64,000 nt of DNA from Octopus vulgaris (lineage: Eukaryota), in the NCBI GenBank assembly GCA_951406725.2, contig OX597829.1, forward strand, positions 9,548,001-9,612,000, read 5' to 3'. Each line of letters begins with the position of its first letter. Position 1 is the stretch's first letter. Made by a program: the position numbers and the translations under genes. This document shows, in pieces, positions 1-11,744 of the stretch. The notes under the pieces were generated by a model. That model was not told where the DNA came from. It ran no database searches and was given only the letters and a program-made list of their open reading frames with translations.

Positions 1-34
1 TACGTACAACTGATGGCTGGTTTATATAGTACGT

Positions 35-165
35 TGTGGTGGTGAAGCGGCGGCGGCGGCAGTGGCAGTGACGGTGGAGGCGGTAGAGGTAGCGGAGGCG
101 GTGGAGGTGGCGGAGGCGGTGGAGGTGGCGGAGGCGGTGGAGGCGGTGGAGGCGGCGACGGTGGT
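35..165. repeat. G-rich GGC/GGT minisatellite (about 18-bp GCGGAGGCGGTGGAGGTG units)
   Basis: Tandem units visible directly; the overlapping ORF is low-complexity (STASAT repeats). Confidence 0.8.
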
Positions 166-377
166 AATGGCTTCGCTGTCTGATAACTGGTTTCCCACGT
201 GGTGGTAGCATTGGGGATTGTGAAATATTATGATGGCGACGATGTTAGCAATAGCGATTGTGGTCGTGGTCGTGGTCAATCCTAAGTCCAGTTAGTCTTG
301 TCATAAGAGCCAACAAACTCCATTGAACAAAAGACTTTCAGCCACGACCATTTCCTCGGAATACATTTATCTATTAT

Positions 378-520
378 AGGCACAGAAGTGGCTGTGTGGT
401 AAGTATCTTGCTTGCCAATCACATGGTTCCGGGTTCACTCCCACTGTAACTTACCTTGGGCAAGTGTCTTCTACTTATAGCTTCGGGTCGACCAAAGCCT
501 TGTGAGTGGAGTTGGTAGTC
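378..520 (+). mobile_element. tRNA-derived SINE family A, 5' part
   Basis: A-box TGGCTGTGTGGT, B-box GGTTCACTCCC, CCTTGGGCAAGT core; matches copies at 9079, 17290 and 37996. Confidence 0.85.
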
Positions 521-574
521 GTATATATAACAAATAAAAAACAGAAGACGGAATATACATGAATAATATTATTA

Positions 575-678
575 ATCACAACAATTGTTTCGACACATCT
601 AGCATTGACTCCTCTTGTGGGACACACAAAAACTAGTTCAGGAGTATCCGGTGGTGCAGACGTGTCTCGTCGTGTGAT
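575..678 (-). ncRNA. Degenerate type-I hammerhead ribozyme
   Basis: Minus strand: ATCAC-ACGACGA-GACACGTCT...AGATGTGTC-GAAA-CAATTG-TT-GTGAT; 9-bp stem II, palindromic stem III, mutated core. Confidence 0.55.
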
Positions 679-1090
679 AAAGAAATTTTAAAAACTCGTT
701 AAAATGACTATTCCATAATGCAACTCTTCGTTTTGTAGAGAGAAAAACAGCCAGACGGAGGAAAATTCTTCATATATATAGATCCAAAATAAAAATGCAG
801 AAGACAACAAAGAGAAACGGACACTTAATCCAGCGAGAAAAGTAATGAAAATAACCGTTAACCGATATGGATGTATAAACGCCCTCGGGTAAGCAGCATG
901 GCACGAGTACACACGCTCATACATGTATTAGCAAAAAGTATTAGCGAGGTTACGCGCACTCATGATTACAAAGCGAGGTATTTAGAAAAACGGGGAGGTT
1001 TAAAATAAATTTAAGTCATACATAACTTAAAATAAAATAAAATTACACTAAGCTAACGGTTGCTCAAAATTCATTCACAAAATATAATGG

Positions 1091-1127
<37 letters not shown>

Positions 1128-1179
1128 AAATTAAAAAAGGAAAATACGCACACTTACGTAGTTTTAATATAATTTTTAA

Positions 1180-1216
1180 TATATCGACCGGTTTCGCTTT
1201 CGCTATTCATGATATA
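1180..1216 (-). ncRNA. Minimal hammerhead ribozyme, A3-U8 core variant, in PLE 3' region
   Basis: Minus strand: TATATC-ATGAATA-GC GAAA GC-GAAA-CCGG-TC-GATATA. Confidence 0.75.
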
Positions 1217-1779
1217 ATGTTTTACTTATTTGAATATATATTTTTTCTTAAGAAGAAATTTTCTCCATGTTGTGTGTGATGAAATTCACATGACTTCACA
1301 AGTAAATAAATAAAGGGATGTAATTGGTTGTCGTTATTATTGTAGGTAAGGGAGATAACTGTTCAGCTTTCGGTAATGGGAAGGTAATATATATGTGTAC
1401 ATACAGAGACAGGTTTCAAAAACCCTTTGTTTAGTGAGGGAATTTATGTACAGTGATGTAATCGTGAATTAAAATATGTAAAAATATAAAAGTTGGTTAT
1501 ATTAAGAAGTGTTTTGTATTTTTCAATGAAAAAAGTTTCTTTATTTAAACGTTCTAGTTGAGAGATTGTGTCTTTGCACTATTAGAAAGGGAAGACAGTG
1601 AAATTTGGTTTGATGTTATCTGCACATTTTTCTACATGTTCACTGAGGGGAATTTGTCTGTATTGAGGGAAACGGATTTGCTCTTTATGTAGAGTGGTTC
1701 TCTTTCTCAAGGTCATACTCGTTTGTTCAATATAGTTGTGTCCGCAACCCGAGCAGGTTATTACAAAACTTTGGAACAA

Positions 1780-4032
1780 AACGTACAGGAGAAACACAAA
1801 GTGATTAACTTATCAAAGAAAACTCTATCCATAACAAAAATCAATATACTAGCCAAAGGTTTAAAGTTCACCCCAACCCTACGAAGAGCTAACCATAATG
1901 AAATTAATGACAATATTCTGCAGAAAACTATACCCGCAGAAGCACTAACTGACTATGACAATGAAGATGGATCACTAGTCAAAAACAGAAGTAATTACCT
2001 TCCACATAAGGGTAGGAATAAAACACTGGATGACTTCTGCAACCATATCCAAAATTTCCCCTTACACATCCATTAAACAAAAAATTAATCCTAACCCCAA
2101 CAATCTAGAATGGAAAAATCTGACTGAACTACAAAACGACAAAGACCTGACAATTAAAGAAGCTGACAAAGGAAGTACTGTAGTTCTGATGGACACAGAA
2201 CACTATAAAAAACTAGTACCATCCATACTATGAAAAAGTGATAAACTATAGACAACAAAAAAAAGGAAAAATCTTGCATCCTTAATTCTTTTACATGGAA
2301 AAGGCCTGAGAGAAAAAGAAACAGACTGCATCACGAACTTCAAATGTAAACCCAGTCTTTTTTACGGCCTCCCTAAAATACACAAGAGTAAGATAATCAA
2401 TGAAGCCTGCAAACAGTCACCAGGCAAATATATAAATATCCAAACGCCAGAAGACTTGACTTTAAGTCCCATTGTCGCTGGGCCGGCCTGTGAAACCCAC
2501 CGCCTAAGCAATTTTCTAGACATCCTACTGAAACTCTTGCTGAAATACTTCAAAAGTTTCATTAGAGATGATATAGATATGCTAGAACACCTACGAAAAA
2601 CGATTAATGAAGAGGCAATATTGGTCACCCTCGATGTTATCAATCTTTACACCAACATCCCCCATGACTATGGAATAAAAGCAAGTAAATTCTGGTTGGA
2701 AAAGTACCCCGAAGTCCTCCCGGAACGCATAAACCAGATCTTTATTATTGAATCCTTAAAATTTATACTTCAGAACAATTATTTCCTATTTGGTGACACA
2801 TACTATCGTCAGAAATGCGGAATTGCGATGGGAACGAAAGCAGCTCCTGTTGTTGCGAACCTAATAATGGCTTATTTTGAATTCACCTTACATGAAATAT
2901 CACTTCAGAAAAATTGTTACCCATTTTACCTCTACATAAGAGAAAATTGGAAGATGACTGCTTTATTATTTGGAAGGAGAATAACGACAAAATTTTGGAC
3001 TTCAAATCAACACTAAATGATATAAATAGTAACATTCATTTCACAATGGAATATAACAAAGAGCAACTTCCATTTTTAGACATCATGATAAAAAAGAGTT
3101 AACAATGAAATCATAACTGACATTTATTATAAACCAACTGATTCAAAACAATATCTTCTCTTTAACTCATGCCGCCAGAAACACATCAAAATAAACATCC
3201 CTTTCAATTTAGCAAAAAGGATTTGCACAATAGTGTCTGATAGAACAACTCGGGACCTTCGTCTTCAAGACCTCAAATCAACGCTTATTGAAAGACAATA
3301 TCCACCCCCACTTATCGACGAGGGAATTAAACGTGCCGAACAAGTAGACACAAAAACACTAAGAACAACAAAACATAACACCACACCGCAACTCAAAACA
3401 TTACTATTTATATCAACACACAACCCCAGAAACAGTTAGGCATTCAACACTATCTTGCAAACTTTTCCTTTACTAACTAGAGATCCAAAAATGAACGACA
3501 TCCTGAAAACACACAAACTCATCAAATGCAAAAAACAAGACAAATCGCTAAAGAGATTACTAACAAATGCGAAGCTTTACAAAACAACCACGAAACCAAA
3601 GGTTGAAAAATGTGGACGCCAAACTGTGGAACCTGCCCCAACATGCTTGAAGGCTCGGATTTCCTTTTCAAACAAGGACAGAGGTTCACAATTAAGACTA
3701 GTTTCACTTGTGCCTCTGAGAACCTAATTTATGTAATAACCTGCACGGGTTGCGGACACAACTATATTGAACAAACGTGTATGAACTTGAGAAAGAGAAC
3801 CACTCTACATAAAGAGCAAATCCGTTTCCCGCAATACTGGCAAATTCCTCTCAGTGAACATATAGAAAAATGTGCAGATAACATCAAACCAAATTTCACT
3901 GTCTTCCCTTTCTACCAGTGCAAAGACGCAATCTCTCAACTAGAACGTTTAAATAAAGAAATTTTTTTCATTGAAAGATACAAAACACTTCTTAATATAA
4001 CCAACTTTTATCGTTTTACATATTTTAATTAA
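1780..4032 (+). pseudogene. Frameshifted PLE reverse transcriptase + GIY-YIG endonuclease ORF
   Basis: Motifs IKEADKGSTVVLMD, PIVAGP, LVTLDVINLYTNIPH, QKCGIAMGT, DDCFIIW, LPFLD, CGRPNCGTCP, NLIYVITCTGCGHNYIEQT; multiple stops and frameshifts. Confidence 0.92.
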
Positions 4033-4184
4033 CGATTACATCACTGTACCTAAATCCCCTCACTAAACAAGGTTTTTGAAACTTGTCTCTGCATGTACAC
4101 ATATGGGGATAATCGAAATTCCACTTTTCTGGTTCTCTGCATTTAATCATCGTAGAACCACCCCACTACAATAATAAGAGGCCT

Positions 4185-5560
4185 TTGAGTAGTAATGTGT
4201 TTAGGGATACTCGTATTAGGTACAGGTATAAGAAAATTAATAATCTTGACAAGGGGTTAAACAAAACAGGAGGTTCACTGTCTAGAATCAGGGAAGTTGT
4301 TTGGTTCGCTCCCCCTTTCTCCATTAGAGTAAGGAACTTACCAAAAATGTTTTTTAGAATTCTGAAGGAGAACTTCCCAAGGAATCATAAATACTATAGT
4401 ATTTGCAACAAGTCAACGATCAAGTTCTCTTACTCTGTAATGCCTAATTTTGCTTCGATTATTGCATCAATCAATAGAAGCAAGCTTACTGGGCGGGATA
4501 GTTGGAAAGGTTCCTTTGAAGATGACCAAGGACCTGCGAATAATAATTCTGTAACGCCTAATGCCAATGGTACAAACAGTCTACCGTCACCGGGTCTGTC
4601 GAACCCACGTAATAAGGGAAGATGTGATGGAATGAAAGAGGGAAACCTGTCTAGAACTGATGATACAAAAAGTAAAGGTAACAATAGAAATAAAACTAGG
4701 AAAGGCCCCGGGAAGAAATGTAATTGTAGAAACCCTGAATTATGTCCCTTAGATGGTCCCTGTCTAGTTACTAACGTCATATAGAAATGTGTAGTCAAGG
4801 ACGAGGATAAGTTAAATAAATTGTATATAGGTAGCACGGTAGATTTTAAGGCTAGATATAGATCGCATATGAGCTCATTTTCTAACGATAAATATTGTAA
4901 TTCAACAACACTTGCATCCCATATACATAATTTGAAGAAGAATAATAAGAATTATTATCTTGAATGGTCTATTAGTGTAAGCTGTGCATAAGGGAATCCC
5001 TTACCATCCTTAGGGGTTATGAACCACACACTGAATAAATTTACTGACGTGATTCCTTTTTGCATCCATAAATTTTCATCTACCTTCTTAAAAGTGTATA
5101 GGAATAAAATAAGTTGTAGCAAGTAAATAATTTAGCTCTTACAGGGAATTGAAACTGTCGAGGTTGAATTTAATTTAATACAGCCATTTATGTAGTTAAT
5201 ATATTGATATAGGTTTTTTTTTTATATAGGTAGCATGGTAGGTATTTTAGGCTAGATATAGATTTTTTTTTTCTTTTTTAAAATAAAAATTTTTTTTTTT
5301 TTAAATTTTGAATATTTGGGCTGGTCTATCATGATTTCTTAAATAAGAAACTACGCAATATTGCATAAGGTTTGGTTAAGGAGGTCTCGCCCTGGTATGT
5401 GATGTTTCTTTATTTTTCCCCTGATGGAGGAGTAATTATCGTGATGCACCCACGTGCATTAAATACGGTGATGAACCCCTGAAATGGCCATAGGGAATGT
5501 AAATATGGTTTCTTCTTTTTTGCTTGGACACTGGCTTTTAACAATAGGTTTCCCTTACCT
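4185..5560 (+). mobile_element. 3' part of a second PLE family (Hydra-clade-like linker and GIY-YIG)
   Basis: WFAPPFS, TIKFSYSVMPN, CNCRNPELCPLDGPCL, then (after a stop) KLYIGST..FKARYRSH..NSTTLASHI; HHR at 5416-5497. Confidence 0.8.
5416..5497 (+). ncRNA. Type-I hammerhead ribozyme (A9G variant)
   Basis: TTCCC-CTGATGG-AGG...CCT-GAAA-TGGCCA-TA-GGGAA. Confidence 0.7.
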
Positions 5561-6074
5561 TGAAAAGTAATTTTTAATCGAAAAAATTTCTAAACGATGA
5601 ACTTTTATCTTACCTTATATATTATATATCATTTATTTATATGCTTCCTATATATATGTATTTTTATAATTTTTTTATATATCTATATATTTATATATTT
5701 CTTTATATATTTATGTATTTATTATTCTAGATGTTGTAATGTTAAAAAAATATATATTTTTTTAGTCGCTAAATTATTAATCATTAACTTTTAACTGCGA
5801 TGAACTGTATTCACACATTTTTCTTGTATTTTCCTTATATGCTTGTACTGATGAGTTATGTTTCATCTTCCGTGATGTTATACATGTATATTCTATGTGA
5901 AAGAAACAGCATTATGTGATTAAATGTTCGAGATATGAAATGTTACGTGGATGACCCTATATTTGTTTGTTCTGCAACCATAGGTTAATATATATATATA
6001 TATGTGTATGTATGTATGTATGTATATCTCTGTGTGTGTGTGTGTGTGTGTATGTGTGTGTGTGAATGTATGTG

Positions 6075-6232
6075 TTTTTGTCCCCGCCACTATCGCTTGA
6101 TAACCGGTTCGGCAAAGAGACCAAGAGAATAAGTAATAGGCTTACAAAAATGAGTTCTGGGATTGATTTGTTCGACTAAAGGCGGTGCTCCAGCATGGCC
6201 GCAGTTAAATGACTGAAACAAATAAAAGAATT
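6075..6232 (+). mobile_element. SINE family A, 3' half
   Basis: Ends GGCGGTGCTCCAGCATGGCCGCAGTTAAATGACTGAAAC. Confidence 0.8.
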
Positions 6233-6794
6233 TATTAGCAGGACATATCAGCGGACCACGTAACATTATGGAAGAACCACTTTAAACATCTCCAAACCCT
6301 CGGAAACATTTTAATTTGGTATTTAATATATTTCAAGATGTTTTTTAAAGAAATGAAAGAAAAGTGACCTTGAGCAAGTGTTCCTTGCCACAGCTTTGTC
6401 TTCCACCAACACAAGGCGAAAGAAATGTGGTAATTAGAAACTATGTGGGATTCCAGTTGCACACATGTACACACACATGCGCGCATGCGCGCACACGTGC
6501 AAACACATTCATATATACGTATATACATACATGCGTACATACATATGCATATTTTGCTAGAAAGTATGATGCCTAAGGCAGCCCTTGAGCTTGCACCTCC
6601 ACCCGCACGGGCCCAAGCCCATACTAACTTATGAAGCAGACCCAAAAGCAACGCCCCCATAAAAATATCGCCCGGAGCGGACCGCCCTAAATCCATCTGC
6701 CCAGCTAAGCTACTGACATAAACACGCACACACACATACTCAAACACACACACACACATACATACTTACATACATACATGCATACATACATACA

Positions 6795-6856
<62 letters not shown>

Positions 6857-6859
6857 AAT

Positions 6860-7560
6860 TTTAATCCAAACGGGAAACAAAAAAACAACAACAAGGGAAC
6901 AATTACAGTATTATTATTAATAGGCGCTCAGGAAATGGAAGCAGGAAGGTGTGACGTTTCGAGCGGAGCTCTTCGTCGGAAACATAAAGAAGGAAGAGAG
7001 AGGAAAGAAAGATCCCGGAGCGGGCAACGGAGATAGAGAAAAAAACGGCTGGTGTTAGCAGAAGCACATGGTGAAAGGCGGATGTTTACGATAACAAGAG
7101 CAAAGTGGGTTTTTAAAGGCAAAAGAGTGGAGACAAGGTTGGTAACGCAACAGATGTGTGTGTATGTGTGAGTGTGTGCGTGTGCGTGTGTGTATGTGTG
7201 TGTGTGAGGCGAGGTAAAAAAACAAAAAATATATGTATGTGTTAGTGTGTGCGTCTGTGTGTAGGCGTGTGAGGTAGGGCGAGACGGTGGTCAGCATAGC
7301 AGCAGCATAGCAGACAAAGGTCAGTAGTGAGAAAAGGGAGGAAGGAGGAAGGGAGGGAGGGGAAGGGGTGGGGGCGTATGTAGCGTGCCAGCGTGTGTTG
7401 AGTGGTAGTGTGTGTGTGTGTCCAGTGTCGTGGTAGTATTAGTGGCGAGTAGATTGAATGTGTGTAAGAGTGAGGTATATGTTTAAGCAATGTGTGTATA
7501 TGTGTGCGCGTGTGTGTAACGAAAAAAAAGGGGGGGGTTTAGGAAAAGGACTCAGCGGAG
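6860..7560 (-). mobile_element. PLE-type 3' terminus with degenerate HHR at about 6950-6985
   Basis: Minus strand: CCGACGAA-GAGC TCC GCTC-GAAA-CG-TC; tail related to 21810-21912 and 57848-57908; bounded by (TA)n. Confidence 0.55.
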
Positions 7561-7563
7561 GGG

Positions 7564-7608
<45 letters not shown>

Positions 7609-7700
7609 GTATGTATATATATTATATATATAAGTATACAAAGCAAATGTACACGAAGTACGATTATTGCTAGAAAAAAAGCCGGTAAGTTATCGGAGCT

Positions 7701-7733
7701 ATGTATTTGAAGAGTCTGAAACCGGTCCTGCAT
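7701..7733 (+). ncRNA. Degenerate minimal hammerhead
   Basis: ATGTAT-TTGAAGA-GTCT-GAAA-CCGG-TC-CTGCAT. Confidence 0.5.
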
Positions 7734-7949
7734 TATCCGTTTCTAGGTTTTTCATTTTTCAGATGTTCTTCCAAGAGGTAAGACAAATTTTTTTCATGTT
7801 TGTTGCACACACACGTCTTTACTAGTATATACGCAGTGAAGCTATACAATAGCGTCGTATTTATTACGATCGCTATTTTCCAGTAAATATCGCTACTTCG
7901 TTGTACCATTTATTTACTTTGATATGTATATATATATATATATATATAT

Positions 7950-8272
7950 ACGTCTGTGTGAAACTGGCACGAGTGTTCCAGTTGATCCGATCAGCAGAAC
8001 AGTTTGCTCGCGAAATTAACGTGCAAGTGGCTGAATACTCCACAGACACGCGCACCATTAAGCGTAGTTGTGAAGGAGATTCAGTGAGAAAGAGAATGTG
8101 TCAAGACTGACCTCCTTTGAAGTACAGGTATACTTCACTTTTGCCAGTTGAGTGGACTGGAGCAACGGGAAATGAAGTGTCTTGCTCAAGGACAAAATGC
8201 GCTACCGGGTATCCAACACACGACCTTACGATCTTGATCCGAATACCCAAACCACTAAGCCATACGCCTTCA
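7950..8272 (-). mobile_element. tRNA-derived SINE (another family), decayed
   Basis: Minus-strand head GAAGGCGTATGGCTTAGTGGT; related to 28100-28430 and 30820-31120. Confidence 0.65.
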
Positions 8273-8421
8273 CTCGCTCACACACACACACGCAAATGCA
8301 GACGCAATACACGCGTATATATGTATGTGTGTTTATACATATGCATGCATATCGATATTTATGCATGTGGGTGGGTGTATATATATATATATATATAGCA
8401 AATATATATATATATATCAAA

Positions 8422-8461
<40 letters not shown>

Positions 8462-9078
8462 CGTATGCGTGTATATATGTGTGTACATATATAGATACAT
8501 ACATACTTACGTATACATACATACGCATGTTTGCCTGCCTACATACATATATACACATGCATACATACACATGTGTAAGTATGGAAGCGTATTTGTGCGC
8601 AAAAGTATACTTTCTTTAGATTATAAAACCCAAAAGTTAAATAAAGATATCAAAACCAGTTTATATTGAGGAGTAAAATATATTTATTTAGTCAGCTAAA
8701 AGTGTTAATTACATGATGAGGTACCTAAGTTACTTCTTGTGAGTCGTGAAATTACTAATTAAAAACGTATGAATTAGCATTATCTTTAAGCGTTAGTGGT
8801 TAGATCAAGTGTGTTATTTTTGTTTAATGGAAATAGTGTTGCTTATAAGGTTTATGAGGAAAATATTGAAAGACAACCTAACTAAATAATAATGGAGGGT
8901 AATGGGAACTATTACAACGTATTTCATACTTTAAATGAATTACGGTAAGGGTTATAAATTTCTTCATTTTTTTTTTCAAAATAGTCTTGTAGAAGGAAAA
9001 AGGATAATTAATTTACAGAAGTAGATATATAACGTCAACAAATGGGTAGATATAAATTTGTGAATAAATGATCGGTTA

Positions 9079-9490
9079 GGCATAGGAGTGGCTGTGTGGT
9101 AAGTAGCTTGCTTACCAATCACATGGTTCTGGGTTCAGTCCCACTATGTGACACCTTGGGCAAATGTCTTCTGCTATAGCTTCGAGCCGACCAAAGACTT
9201 GTGAGTGGATTTGGTAGACAGAAACTGAAAAGAAGCCCGTCTTATATATGTATATGTATATATATGTGTGTGTGTGTGTGTCTGTGTTTGTCCCCACAAT
9301 ATCGCTTGACAACCGATGGTGGTGTGTTTACGTCCCCATAATTTAGCGGTTCGGCAAAAGAGACCGATAGAATAAGTACTAGGCTTACAAAGAATAAGTC
9401 CTGGGGTCGATTTTCTCGACAAAAGGCGGTGCTCCAGCATGGCCACAGTCAAATGACTGAAACAACTAAAAAGAGTAAAAGAGTAAAAGA
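9079..9490 (+). mobile_element. Full-length SINE family A (CORE-like centre, LINE-related tail)
   Basis: tRNA-like head, CCTTGGGCAAAT, internal (TA/TG)n, tail GGCGGTGCTCCAGCATGGCCACAG, (AAAGAGT) repeats at the end. Confidence 0.9.
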
Positions 9491-11081
9491 TGGTAGATAT
9501 ATATTTATGAGAAAAGTAAAAAAAAATGACGGCGGTCATTTGTACTGAACAGAAACTTGGAGTAAACATGAATGATTATATTTCTATATAATTGCTTCAT
9601 CTTTGGTCTTAACAACCATGCACACGTCCCCATTTTCCCTGCCCTGTTCAAAAGAGATTCTAACATTATTATACAAAACTGTATTGTTTTATTAATAAGA
9701 AAAAATATGTATGTATCATTTGCTGTTATTATTTTACGATGGCTGATATTAAGTATCCAAAACCTAACTAAATCCTAAGAAATCATTAAATTTTTTAATT
9801 GATTAGATTTCATTTGTGGTAAGTAAAACTGTATATATCTAATTATACACATTCTTGTAACGACTATTAATGAAGAAATTAGGAAACAATAGGAAGAAAT
9901 GAATGATTTAAAAAATTATGTTCATGTAAAATAAATTATAATTAGTTAACCATTGTGGTAATTAATAAAATAACGTACACTATGTTTCTTATACAATAGT
10001 CAGGGTGACGATTAAAATAAAATTTTTTGAATGGGAAAAATCAAATATGTCCATGCTAATATTTAACGGCATAACTCTCGTATTTCTTTACTCCATGTAC
10101 TGCGACATCAATCTTTAGATAGTAATGTGCTTTAACAGCTTTGCCTGTCTCTTTGCTTCATCTTTGTTCTTAACAACCATGCACACGTTCCCATTTTCCT
10201 TGTCCTGTTCAATGGTGTACGCATCCCACTATTCAGCAGCCATGACTAACTCCATCTAAGTTGAGGAGTTGGAGGAAATCATAACCGATAAATGGCAGTT
10301 TATTTCATCTCCTTACGTTTTCCTAAATAAATTTCTCGAGCAATGATGCACTTGCTTTTGTGACGTATTGCGTCCATGCTTCTCAGTTTGTTTGTAGTTG
10401 TCCGATTATACTTTAGTCTTTCAACGCTAGGAAATGTTGTGTTGTTGCTGTTGTGTGGTTGTGGTGGTGGTGGTGGTGGTGGTGATTTTGGTGGTGGGCA
10501 ACACATCCCTATCGACCCTTACCTTCCTTTCCAAATGGGATTGTAAAAAGGTTTGTTCACGTCCCTGTAACCTAGCAATTCGGCAAAAACAAATAGAGAT
10601 CGACAGTGTAAATACCAAGTACTCCATGTACTACTGTACAATAACTTAAAATATTAAAAGATAAAAAAAAGATATATGCACATATTAGCAAAGATTTTAG
10701 TGGAGTACGGCGGCGCCCATTGCCAATATTTTGATATATACTTTATTGTTCTAGGCAGCATATGAACACTAACGATAGCATACAGCAACTAAACTATTCT
10801 CCCACTATTTTTCCTTGATGGGGAACCTTGACAAAACCCAGCACAACTAACACACTATTATTAAGGCACAAGAATCTAGAGTGCAAAACGGTACGGCAGA
10901 ATCCGGGTGGTGGTAACACAAGACAAGTACTCTACTCAGTCCACAAGCCTAGCGTGTAACATGACAGGTGAATAATCAGGGTGATGCTTGATGAGGGATG
11001 ACCAACTGCATGGGTATGATTTAATTTTTAGTCCTGGGTATCTAGCTGTCAAAGAAAGATCTGTGAAAATATTAACATCAC

Positions 11082-11114
<33 letters not shown>

Positions 11115-11149
11115 CACACACACATACAGACAGACACACACATATACTA

Positions 11150-11670
11150 AATGTGAGTGAGGGTGCTGGGTAGCAACTATATTGCTAGAAATGAGAGTTA
11201 AAACCCTTAGAACTGGAAGGAAGCACACTTTCATATACTAGCAATATATGAAAATGTTCTTCCTTGCAGTTCTAAGCGTTTTAACTCTTATTTCTAGCAA
11301 TATAGGTGCTACCCAACACATTCAGTCACAATTAGTGACGACTGAATTTTTCGTTTTTGGTTTTATGTTGCGTACTGTTGCCTCTGTAATTTTGTAATCT
11401 TTACATTAGCATGTTGCTAACTCAGCCTTACATATATATGGTAAATATATATACTGATAGTCTAAGTCATTCGGCGATGGAGTACGCAGTGCTGACTTTA
11501 CAGACCGATCGAGTCTAGTCCAGTGATCCAGCTTCGCTTATGGGGCTGTTATCTTCCCTATCAGTATATGAAAATGTGCTTCTTTACATTTCTAAGAGTT
11601 TTAACTTTTATTTCTAGCAATATAGGTACTACCCAGCACCCACGGTCACAATTAGTGACAATTGATTATT
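11150..11670. repeat. Palindrome (11150-11238 / 11245-11332) plus a direct copy of the arm (11562-11665)
   Basis: About 90-bp arm present three times: once inverted, twice direct. Confidence 0.8.
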
Positions 11671-11744
11671 TCCGCTCTATACTGCAAATAGCTGCCTAGG
11701 TTATACTGCAAATAGCTGCCTAGGTTATTTTGTGTCTGTATATA

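Larger units (their letters stand above)
1125..4104 (+). mobile_element. Penelope-like element (Neptune-like) with an inverted copy of its 3' end upstream
   Basis: RT and GIY-YIG fragments at 1780-4032; 1391-1764 is the reverse complement of about 3730-4104; (TA)n on the left flank. Confidence 0.92.

Noticed and set aside
5848-5950. CTGATGA followed by a long stem II-like hairpin
   Set aside because: No GAAA, stem III or cleavage site follows; at best a half remnant
8705-8762. ATGATGA...GAAA within TTAATTA/TAATTAA
   Set aside because: AT-rich chance pairing; stems II and III absent
9079-9160. tRNA-like sequence with A and B boxes
   Set aside because: SINE head continuing into the SINE body; not a tRNA gene
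11678-11727. 24-bp tandem duplication beside the mariner
   Set aside because: Local slippage duplication; mariner target duplications are TA only
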